From Antedon mediterranea (taxonomy: Eukaryota; Animalia; Echinodermata), in contig NC_092671.1 of NCBI RefSeq assembly GCF_964355755.1, forward strand, positions 5,208,001-5,272,000: a stretch of DNA of 64,000 nt, given 5' to 3'. Both the position numbers and the translations under genes were made by a program. Below, piece by piece: positions 25,811 to 37,738 of this stretch. The number at the start of each line of letters is the position of its first letter. Within the stretch, counting starts at the first letter, position 1. Under the pieces are notes generated by a model. The model did no database searches, was not told the DNA's origin, and saw nothing but the letters and a program-made list of their open reading frames with translations.

Positions 25811-28800
25811 TTAACGGCTGAACGAAGGTCGCTATAGAAAGCATGCAACTAAAATTGTTTTAAGCTATCATACGCAAACAATTCGAAACATTTGGACAAT
25901 TTTTTTTACATTGCAAACAGAATTCCATTTCCTATACAATATTATGCAATTAGTTATTTATAGACCATTTTTTTTAAATAATAAACTCATAATAAATGTG
26001 TGGTATTATTTGGTAAAACAATTTAAAAATGTAATATCAAATCATCTGTATTATTATACTAATACAGTATAATCAATTATTTATTTAATTAAATTAATTA
26101 TTGATTAATTAAAAAATAAATTTATAAATTGAAAAAAAAAAATGTTTAATTTTTTAAATAAATAATTAATATTTTTCAATGATCAGTAAATAAAAGAATG
26201 TAGAGTAGGCCTACGTTATCTATTAGAATTACTGGGACACTTTGGTTCAAGGTGTTCGACTCTCTATGTTTATTATAATAATTATTATTTATTAATACCA
26301 TACAAATCATGCTATATACAATACAATACTGTATATAAAGTATTTTTATTTATGTAAATTGTTATGGATGGTTTAATTAATTATTATTGAATCTATAAAT
26401 AACCATGGCAAAAATTGTATTGATTAAATTTGATTCAATTCTTAACGACAACTTATACTTATAAGTAAATTAGTGCAAGTCCAATCACAAATTGAATTGA
26501 AGAAATAATAATTTAATTTATACGGTTTATTATTATTATTATTAATAATTAGTAATAATAAAATAATTATTATTAATTAGTATTAATAATTTATTTATAA
26601 ATAATATTTTTACTATTATATATAATTAATAATCAAATAAGTGTTTTTAAATGTTAATAATTATGGCTTTCGATTAAGATAAAAACGGACGGATTAATTC
26701 GTATATGAAATTAATTATGAGTACTATTTAATAGAAAGTATCAATTATTAAATAAATTATAAATGGTATAAATAATTCTCATTATTCGATAGATTTAAAT
26801 TGGTAATATATTTGTATGATTATTGTTTGTTTTTATTAAGAGGAGCGCCTTCTCCTCAAACAAACTTTATATCCAAATTTGATTACGCCCGACTCCACCC
26901 ATATTCCCCCATATTCTGTGTTTTCAACTTTTGTATAACGCCCCATCCCCCACCCCTTATTCGAAATTCATTGGTTCCGGGTCTGTATACTGTAACTATA
27001 TAGGCCTACTTTATATTCAATTATAATATACAATCATGTTCATTATATGTAATAAATATTTTATTATTCCAACATACTATATTAATCAAACTAGGCCTAT
27101 AGAATTTTGTTTTAGTAACTTATTTATTAAATTGAGTTTTTTTTGTATAAGGTGTACTATCGTAAATTTAATTTCTCTTCATCATTGTCACACATCAACA
27201 ATGTTTTGATTTCAACATGACGTCATACTGTATATATTAATATGTTATTATAATTATTAATAATATTAATATTATCATCTTCTTTCTTGTCATTATCATT
27301 TTAAATAATTAATTAGGTTTTCATCAAACACAGATTTAAGAAGCAAACACAAATTAAATATATCCTCTTTTCACCCCAGATATGTGTGTCAGGTCACGTC
27401 TTTTGGATATTTCCATGGAGTAAATATTTCATTCAATCGTCATTATAAATAAACAACAACAACACGGCAGTGAGACACCAACGCTGCTGCAATTAAGAAT
27501 ATCCCAGAATATTAGTAATGCAAATCATAGTTTCATATAGGCCTGCTTTATTGACAAATTTAAATTAAATCTGCATAACATTAATATGATTATTAGAACG
27601 GATGACCGGTGAATATTTGTGTATGCTATATCCTATCACCGTGGTAACCACGCATAAGAAGATATCAACCGGTGATGCGCTGATCAAAGTGTCAATTCTC
27701 GCTACACGAATGCGAACAATAGAACACCACTAAGTATGACCTCATTCACTTGGAATGATCTATTGGCAGAACAAGGTAGAACCCAATTTCCGGAGGGAGA
27801 GCTTTATCATAAAATAACGGCTTTTCCTGAATCGGGTAATCGCAGACTTGTTCTCTATTTTACTGGTCTGATGAATTTGGTTGAATATTTTCAAGATTAT
27901 TTAATTGGATATAGATAGACTTCATTATCTGATCGCCTAGAGACCGTTTTGATCCACAACGTAAACAATGATATTTCGTAATGTTTGGTTTTGTTACTGA
28001 CAAGCCGGATTTGCATAGTCTTGTTATCTGTGTTATTGTCTGGTAAATTCTAACGGTAAAATGGTGTTTATTTACTAAACGAAAAAAAAAATGAATGTTG
28101 GTATTGTTCAGTACTGGTATTGTTTAGGCCCGATTTCAACATGCGCAACTTCACATTACGATTTACAACACTACACGATCTCAAGGTGTGAAGACTCTTA
28201 AATGTTAAAAACTAGGCCTACGCAAATATTTTAGACAAAAAAAAAACATTTTTATGTGTATGCCTGCATTCTTAATCTTAGTAAAATAGTATTATAAAAA
28301 CGGGGCACACACAATAATGTAGAGGTGTACAACACCAGCCATTGTATGTATACATTTTTCCTATATTTATTAACACATAACAATTTCCTGTACAGGCGAT
28401 TCCCAGGTACCATATTCAGCAAAACACCAAGGTCAAATATGATCGAATAATATTAAAATCATAAATCAAAAATTGATATGCTTTTACAATTTTACATAAA
28501 TTCTAATCTTATATTCGTTTTTCTACTCTGATTATATTTGACTTTTAGAATAAAATGAATCATTAAGCAATTGTTGATTGTTGATAAATGATGAGGTGGA
28601 ATAAGTTTGTAAATTGTATATTGCTTTTTAATTCGACAATATGTTATGACGCATAATATTAGGCTAATAATTTGAATAATTATAGACCTTACGTGAAACG
28701 TAATGTTTCCCACGATAATAAAGAGATCAGTTGTTCATTGTATGTACCGCCTGTAGACATAATATATCTACAAAAGAGGTAGGCCTATAGGCCTAGTATT

Positions 28801-29323
28801 AAAGTCAATATTATAATAGTATATTGTATAGAAACATTTAAACCAATGTTATAGACTGGATTACACACTACTGTATTGACAAATGATTTCATATAGACAC
28901 AGTTCCTTGTGTACCAAACAAATAGTTTAGATGGTTAGGTCAGACTTACGTTTGTTAGTCGATGATCAACAATTATTTTAGCGCCCTCTCAAACGATAGA
29001 ACTTTAAACCAATGGCTAGGCACCATCACGTTGTCTAGACAACAACCGGAAACGCGTAATCGGAAATGCGTGCAATTAAAAACCACGCGCACAATGGAAG
29101 CGCGGAAGAACGCAGACGCACATGTAGCTATGGGGTACCAAAGAACACAGACGCGCGCTAGTATTCGCAAATACTGTATTTAGCTTTGTATGACAATATT
29201 AAATATTAACTTAATTGCCAATATTTTACTTATTAATGCATTTTCATATAACAGTACGGTATATAAGTCAATCTATCGGCACCCCATTGCTATTTAGCAC
29301 ACTACATCTTATCTCTTTGTACG

Positions 29324-29354
29324 GTATAACCATGGAGAATCTCCATGGTATAAC
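29324..29354. mobile_element. 17-bp palindrome CATGGAGAATCTCCATG flanked by a 7-bp direct repeat (transposon footprint)
   Basis: gtataac|catggagaatctccatg|gtataac. Confidence 0.6.
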
Positions 29355-32300
29355 AGAACATTAAGGCCCGTATAAGGTTATATTTAATGACGTGACACAG
29401 GGATGGGTGATATCAGGCGCTTCATTGAATCCCATATCAAGCAGATATTGTTAAATTCACCACAACAATAATTATATTATACTTAACCTTGTTTATATAC
29501 GGATAATTTGTTATATATATATATATAGTCGATAATTCTGTATTCAATACGAGTCAAATCAAGGTCTATTAGAATTTAAAGATGAGCAACAAATACATTT
29601 TAGCCTAGGCCCATTCGCCGTAATTATTATTTCATGATTTGATAATGCTATAATTGTTTTGTGAAGACAGGGAGAAAGGGTTGATTGATTGATTGACTTA
29701 TTTTAACACTTTTTTAGCGTATACGGCAAAATTACAATAGGCCTAAATTACCTACGAATTAAGATCAATAATGAGGTAATAATTATCCATAACAAATCAA
29801 TCAATCGTCAAATAAAATTAGGCCAATGCTAATTAGTGCAATTATAATTATACGTTTAATGAGCATGTCCGATGATGATTAGATATTGCCTCGACAAATT
29901 TGTCAGTGAATCGTCGTTGAAGAGACAGTCCGCGCGCGTTAAAAGATCAACATACACGCATGCGCGCACCGACATTGTGTTTTCGTGGGTGTTGGGTGTG
30001 TTTGTTTATTTATTTCACCCCCAATAATCCTGTCCCATCTTCAACAGGTCGGGGACGCCCTTTTTCTCACCTCAAACAGTCGCTGGAAAGTTTGTTACAA
30101 AGTTTCTTTTGAGATTTCAATATTTGTATCATCCTTTTCATTTTTCTTTTGCAATACGAATATGCCTAGAAAACCAACAGTTTTAGAAGGTAACGGGAAT
30201 GTAATCTGTATTTTGAATAATGTATTTTACATTTTTTGTATTTTAAACTTTATTTTCTTTTTGGATTTTACTTCATAACAAAGAAATGTTTGTAATGCCA
30301 AATCAATTAAAACATGTAAAAGTGTCGCTAGTTCTATATTGCCTTTTTTATGTTTTTAGTCCACCAGTCGGCGTTTCGATTTTAATGGGGATTCAGCTGA
30401 GAGTATGTATGAAACGCCATCTATGCCAAAATATGTATCCTTTTACGAATATTAAGTCGAATCGCAGCCCACATTGATATTAATCGTTATGAGGCATCGC
30501 AATTTATTTCTTATGTGAATATAATCATATACGGTAGACACGAGAATCAAGATGTATATATCTACAGCATACTTTGCATTGATTAATCACATTGTGGGTT
30601 TATTGCTTTTTGGAATTTATTATACGATGGTAAAAACATTAATATATATCCCATCATACTTTTCTTCATCATTTTCACTGTTACATTGACCCCATACGTA
30701 AATGATTTTATTTATATACCAATACATAAACATTGAAGGTAACTATGCCTATGTTTACTGTTTGTGTAGTTTTTGGAATCAGGGGTAAAATTCGAGACAT
30801 TAACAAAATTAATTTTCCATATTCCATCACCCTCAGTTCTTCATCATTTTTACATTGACCCCCATACGTTTATATTGTTTATAATACCAATCAAGATAAA
30901 TCGAAAGTAACTATGCCTATATTTAACCAATTTTTATAAATTATGATTGAAATCATGTATGTTACAGTAATTATCAATGACTTTTAGTTAGTGGTCTACA
31001 TTCCAAGAAAATAACAATAAAAATCAGCAACAAAAAGTGCAAACACCGATTATTGAATGCTCAGGCAATTATTATTAATTACAAGATCTTATCTTCCAGC
31101 ATCCCCAAGCTTAGACAAAACATGAATACTATTACAACATACGTGCATCAGTCTATTGTTGCCTGTGAGCGGCATGCAAATATAAATCATTATTAATATT
31201 TTATATTAACAAGTCATTAACGACAAACGAATATCCAAGTTAACGTTGTATTATTCGTCAAAAGTATTATTATCTTTTTATATCAGATAGCTACCAATAG
31301 CGGCCGACTTATCCGTAGTTCTTTGAACGTCTCTCAGTCGCGGGAGGAAATGGCTTCTTTTGTGTTCGACATATCTCTCTATTGTTATTTTTTAGCCAAG
31401 GCTCTTATTTTGCCTTCGGTTATGCATATTAGATACAAAACAAGAAACGTCATAAAATCTTGTCTTTGTCTTGTATGTTTTGAACAACAACAGGAATTAC
31501 CACAAAGTACGCGTCATCCAAAATTTGAAACATTATTTTTAATCAAAATTTGCATGCTGTTTCAAATGATTACTTTTCTAAACCTACCCTCACAAGAGCC
31601 CTGATTTATACAATCACTAGCCTGCGCTCTTATGAACTACACTTTTATCATTTGATGTTATATTCAATTTATATAGTATAAAAAAAATAAATTGATTTAA
31701 TTGATTGTAAATTGATGTAATAAACATAATAAAAACTATTTTTTAAAGCAAATAAACAAAACTAAAGCGAAAATTGTTTCTACAATTCATGACATCATGA
31801 GGTACAAAATGTTGACGCGCGCGTGCTAATGATGTTATATTATCATCACCAGCATCATGGACGCGCGCGCGGTCAATGCTAGTCTGGGCTCCAGACGGAG
31901 TTTTTTCTTAATATTAGTAAAAATATAAATATTTTTGCACATATGGCGTTTCATACGTGTATTACTTGAGTTTGGATACTCCGTCTGGGGAAACACGCAA
32001 AAGTCACGTGGTTTGACACCAAGAATTCTTGGTGCATAGATTATCCGGTTGACTAGTTTCAGCTGCATGCGATTGGCTACTCACTCGTACACGGTTTTAA
32101 TATTCATGTTTCAGAATTTCAAAGACTCAACAACTAAGAAGGTACGCATGTGCTATGTTACGTTTAGACAATGTGTACTTGGGTACATTAATGAAAGTTT
32201 CTGAAGGCTAGAAATGATTTTATACCGTATGCCTAGTAGTAGTCTGGTAAACATTTGATGGGATTTTTCCCAAGAAAACTCGTCTTGCTTCTCCGCAAAT

Positions 32301-33734
32301 CAAACATTGAATGGATCATTATTACGCGGAGATAATTTGATTTAATTCCCACCCAGACCCTGTCCTGTTCTGTGTAGTGGTGTACAACTCCCTGGACTGG
32401 TGTAGCCCTGTCTGTTGTGTGTGAATCCTGTTGTGTGCCGGTGGTGGTATGTAGGCCTACCTTATTGGTGTTTTATTTGGCAGGTCATACGTGCGAGTTG
32501 AGTAGGACCTACGAAGGAGGCCTAGGCTAAGGACTAAACAATTAATAAACAAAACAACTTGGCAACACGATTTCATATTTCAACAGTCTCGATCGTACAT
32601 TCAGCACTGTACGTACTCGATCTTTTTCATTTTGAAACAAAATGATCATTGGTTGATTCGAAATCCATATTTACATACCGCCCGCCCCATAAAGCCAAAT
32701 ACGGTATGATAACCTACGTCATTCTTATTGGATGTTTGCGGTCTGCAAATCGATTTCTATACGTGTTTCACAAGTCTGTATTTTCAGACAAAAATCGCCG
32801 TCGAAATAAAAATAAAAAACAATACAGACTTGGGGCAAGTCTAGGTCAATGCTGATGTTATACTCCTTTTATAGTAATATGGCGGGTTACGTAATAAAAG
32901 GTGGTAAACAAAAAAGTGACTTTCCATATTAATAACAGTGAAAATAAAAACTGGAAAATTGAATTTACTGATACCGCAATATGTTAATTGATTTCCATTT
33001 CGCGGTTTAAGAGAATTCAAGCACAACATATTTGAGAACCGTTCATTTACTTGTATTATATTCTCAAGTCATCATGGCCCCACATCTAATAATATAATAT
33101 AGCATTTGACAAAGTTATCAGCATAATATTTATTATATTTGATTATTATCGTCTTCTTGTTTATTTCTAGTCGACTTTGACATAATAAATGGTAGAAATT
33201 GTGTGCATACTACCAAAATAAATAATGTAAATTTTTGAAAATTGTCTACAAATAGTTTACATTCTGGCACTAAATCTTTAATATGAGCAAAATTACCAAT
33301 GATATAATCATAGCCTAACGATTAGACAATCACAGAGCGTTGTGCTTGAAGAGTAATATAATTGACGTAGACAAGCCGACGCGCGCGCTCATTAATTATT
33401 CATAGCATATTCTTGGTATAAAAAATGAACTGTAATTCTATTAATAATTGGACAACAACATCTTTTGTTGAAATAGTGGAGATATGATTACATGCATGTT
33501 TAAGGTTGTATGCTTGCAATAAAATTTAAAGTCGGCTGAAAAATAAAACTACTCAAAGAAAAAGTGATATTATGAACATTACCGACTCAAATGTTACGTT
33601 AGGTCCAGTTGCAATTTTGGTGATTTATCACACCCATCATTTTTACACATTCTCTGCTGCGTCACATAACACTGTATCACGAAGATTATTTATCGATTTT
33701 TCTAATTTTAAAACTTTGCTGGGAACGATCACAA

Positions 33735-34480
33735 TCTCCACCATCCCTCCTTCCTCTTTCGTCTCGACCATCCATCCTTCCCCTGCCGTCTCCATCATCC
33801 CTCCTTCCCTTTACCATCTCAACCATCCCTCCTTCCCTTTACCATCTCAACCATCCATCCTTCCTCTTCCATCTTCCATCTCGACCATCCCTCCTTCTCA
33901 TTCCATCTCGACCATCCCTCCTTTCCCTTCCATCTCCATCATCCCTCCTTCCTCTTCCATCTCTACCATTCCTCCTTCCCCTTCCATCTCCACTATCCCT
34001 CCTTCACCTTCCATCTCCACCATCCCTCCTTCCCCTTCTATCTCCAACATCCCTCCTTCTCCTTCCATCTCGACCATCCCTCTTTTTCCTTCCATCTACA
34101 CCATCCCTCCTTCATCTTCCATCTCTACCATTCCTCCTTCTCCTTCCATCTCCACCATCCCTCCTTCCCCTTCCATCTCCAACATTCCTCCTTCTCCTTC
34201 CATCTCGACCATCCCTCTTTGTCCTTCCATCTACACCATCCCTCCTTCATCTTCCATCTCTACCATTCCTCCTTCCCCTTCCATTTCCACCATCCCTCCT
34301 TTCCCTTCCATCTCCACCATCCCTCCTTTTCCTTCCGTCTCTACCATCCCTCTTTCATCTTCAATCTCCACCATCCCTCCTTCCCCTTCCATCTCCGCCA
34401 TCCCTCATTTCCCTTCCATCTCCACTATCACTCCTTCTCCTTCCATTTCCACCATCCCTCCTTCCTCTTCCATCTCCAAC
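33735..34480. repeat. 27-bp polypyrimidine minisatellite (CCATCCCTCCTTCCCCTTCCATCTCCA)n
   Basis: About 27 diverged units; explains the TIPPSPSIS-repeat ORF 33572-34585. Confidence 0.93.
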
Positions 34481-35042
34481 CATACCCCTCTTCTTCCCCT
34501 TCCGTTTCCAACCACTCTAATTCCTCTTCCATCCCCACCCCTCTTCTTCGATCCACAGTCCCACCTTTTAAAAATGTCAGTTTAAGAGAAAATGTATAGG
34601 TCTACGTCATGTGAAAAGTCACCATTGAACAATTCCTGTTGATATATATGAATATAGGCCAATCGCTATAAAGAAAAATGGCGAACAATTTGACCAACAT
34701 TACCCTATATTTATATCCCAAAAGAATATTATTCAATCTGAACAGACCAATTGTGGTTAAACTAGGATGGTCAAATTAAATTCTTTTCTGAAACAGATGG
34801 ATTACCAAGATTTCCCGGCTTACTACTTCAATGCACCCGGTTCGAATCCCCCGTGAATTCATTATTAAACGGAAAAGAACTTGATCCGCAGTACTTATTG
34901 TTAAGACAAAAGAGGAGTACAGGACAACTAATGTTCTAATTGGCTGTAGAAAACAAACAACTAAAGGCGCGACCACATGGGCGGTAATAAGGTCGTCCGT
35001 TTAGACTTATTCATATATATAATAATCGATACAGAAATAATA

Positions 35043-35730
35043 TATGTAGATAAAAAAAAAACAAAAACAACTATGTAAGAAAAAATAAGCTTTGTTAATG
35101 AAAATGTGTTATAGATAATATGTATAAAAAGAGGAAACTATGTAATCAATGTGGTTAAATGATAATGTATGTATAAACAAAATAATATATGGAAATAGTT
35201 TTTTTTTTTTTTTTTTTTTTAAAGAAAATAAGTAAAAAAAAAAAAAAGTGGAATGAATCCACATAAGAGAAGAAAGTAAAAAAGTTAAATGAAAATTTAA
35301 GAAGTTATAGATGCAAAAAAGGATCTGCTGGTTTTGTAAACATTAGGCCTAAAGAACAAAAATATTAATATTAATGTTAAAGGATGAGAACAATATTATG
35401 TTAACAGTAAACATTTAGTAAGTAATGAGTATAACAGAGAATATGCATTGTTAAATGAAAATGTGGTAGATGAAAAAATCAAAAACAACTATGTAAGAAA
35501 AAAAATAAGCTTGTTAATGAAAATGTGTTACAGATAATATGTTTAAAAAGAGGAAGCTATGTAATCAATGTGATAATATGTAAACAAATGAATAAAACTC
35601 TTTAAATAAGTATATGTATACAGATGATTAAACAAACATTGTAAATATAATGATATGTATAGTGTATAGTGAAAAATATATGTAAAGAGAACAGTGGGAA
35701 ATAAAAGTGGGATGAACCCACATAAGATAA
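35043..35730. repeat. Diverged direct duplication (~420-460 bp offset)
   Basis: caaaaacaactatgtaagaaaaaataagc...ctatgtaatcaatgtg at ~35062 and ~35480; gtgg(a/g)atgaa(t/c)ccacataaga at ~35248 and ~35707. Confidence 0.7.
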
Positions 35731-37274
35731 AAAAAAAAAAAAAGTTTGTTGGTACCCATACAATAAAAATACAAAAAAACTTCTTTCTTTAAAGGTCATT
35801 CATATACTTATGGTCGATATATATTAATTATACACGCACACTAATATCACCGGTAGGCCTACACATATGTGTACGCGTAGGTCTATAAATTTATTACATG
35901 AAGTACTAGTTTGTATGATCTGACCTTACAATAAAAAAACTTGAGTTTGAAAAATGAAGAAAAAATTATTATGGCGCGAAAATCGGCTTAATGGCGCGAA
36001 AAACATAGACAAAAGTCGTTAACATTCAAAGAATGTTTCAACCATTTAAACGCTAACGTTATTAATGAATGTATTGAACAGGAGAGACATTATGCAAACC
36101 TTTTTTTCAATCAAAGAAAGAAAATTTATCATGATTGCTCAATAATTAGTGACGATTTTAACTTGTTGAAACGTTCGGTCCATCTGTTAAGCGGTTTGTA
36201 AAGCTTTTATCTAAATTACAGTCGATATTCCCCAGTACTCGTTACATTAGATCACGTACACTGTATTAAGACAATAAAATACATCTTTTGCATCGATGAA
36301 TAAAGTCGAATGTAGGCCTATATTTAAGATACTAAAACGATTTTTTTACGATTTTCCAGCAGCCTTGTAGAAAAGCGTCACACCAAGTTATTGATGAAGC
36401 GGCGTTCAAGGGCTACAGCTAACTATTATACGCGCGCGTCAATTTTGTCTGTTTGTCGTACGTACACAATTAGACGCGCGTTGGATGTGTACTGCTTTGT
36501 GATACACGCTAAGTGGGCGTTTAACAAACGAGGATGAAACATTATAGCTTTATACGCTCGCGTTGAATTTAAGATTCTCTTTGTTTTTTTCCGACACGTT
36601 TAACACAAAAACATAGAAATTCAACGTTTATTTTGGATAAGGTACGGTAATAAAGTACGGCAAAACACTTTCCCCTAAATAGAAACATAAACAGTATGGG
36701 CAGGTATATTATAACAGAACGACTAATAATGAAGCATTGTTAACTACGGTATTGCAAGAAAGCAATAGATCTAACAATAATGATTTAAAGAAATAATACG
36801 CAGGAAATTGTAACATTAAATTATGCATATGTATTTGTATATATAATTAAGAAATGTTGGTACGTGCTTAAGACACAATGTTAGCCGAGACACACGTAAC
36901 AATACATAAGTACATTATTATTTACAGCATTAATCAAATTCTTATTATTTAATAATAATTAATTATTCATAAAGATATCATAATTGAAAACATCGTTAAA
37001 ACATAATAAAAGTTTGAAGAACGTTGACAATGCAATCAGCTTGCATGTATAACAAAACAGAATGAAATATTGTTGTTATACTTTCACTAGCATGTGTAAA
37101 TACATAAGCTTGCTCATCTATCCGATTAAAGCCCGCTGGCAATTATTTTACGATTATAATGAATGGTTTAAAAATATGAATGAATATCTTAATAATGTAT
37201 AAATCTGGGGTAGTGCATACACTGTGAGAATTTTAGTATTGTTCTTGAGATTTTGGAATTACATCTAAATGCTA

Positions 37275-37738
37275 AAGCTTATGTTCACACTTGTGGACGC
37301 AGCGCAACCAACGTAAGCGTAAGGCTTGGTTCACACTATAAGCTTGGTTCCCACTAGAACGTAAGGCAAGGACGTAAACGCAACGCAAGTGAATTGACCA
37401 ATCACAAGCGATGGCTTATTCGCTTGTGATTGCTAACTGTCTATAACTTCGCTTGTCATTGGTTAAAACGCTTGCGTTGCGTTTACGTCCTTGCGTTACG
37501 TTCTAGTGGGAACTAAGCTTTACAGAGACGCAACGCAACAATCACAAGCGATGGATAATTTGAACTGTCGCTTGTCATTGGTCAACACGCTTGCGTCGCG
37601 TTTACGCCTTTACGTTGTGTCCTAGTGGGAGTCTGGAACCAAACTTAACGCAAGCGAGTTGACCAAAGACAAGTTCGGATGATCAATCGCGTCGCGTTCT
37701 GATTAGTCAGAACGCGTGCAACAAGTGGGAACCAAACA
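37275..37738. mobile_element. Three nested palindromic MITEs of one family (AGCTTGGTTCCCACTAG TIR, Harbinger-like)
   Basis: Youngest copy 37341-37519 is a near-perfect foldback inside a second copy (~37323-37647), inside a third (~37275-37738). Another fragment at ~54277. Confidence 0.75.

Noticed and set aside
33572-34599. 337-aa Pro/Ser-rich mucin- or extensin-like ORF
   Set aside because: It coincides with a 27-bp pyrimidine-rich minisatellite that lacks stops by composition, and the flanks are not protein-like.
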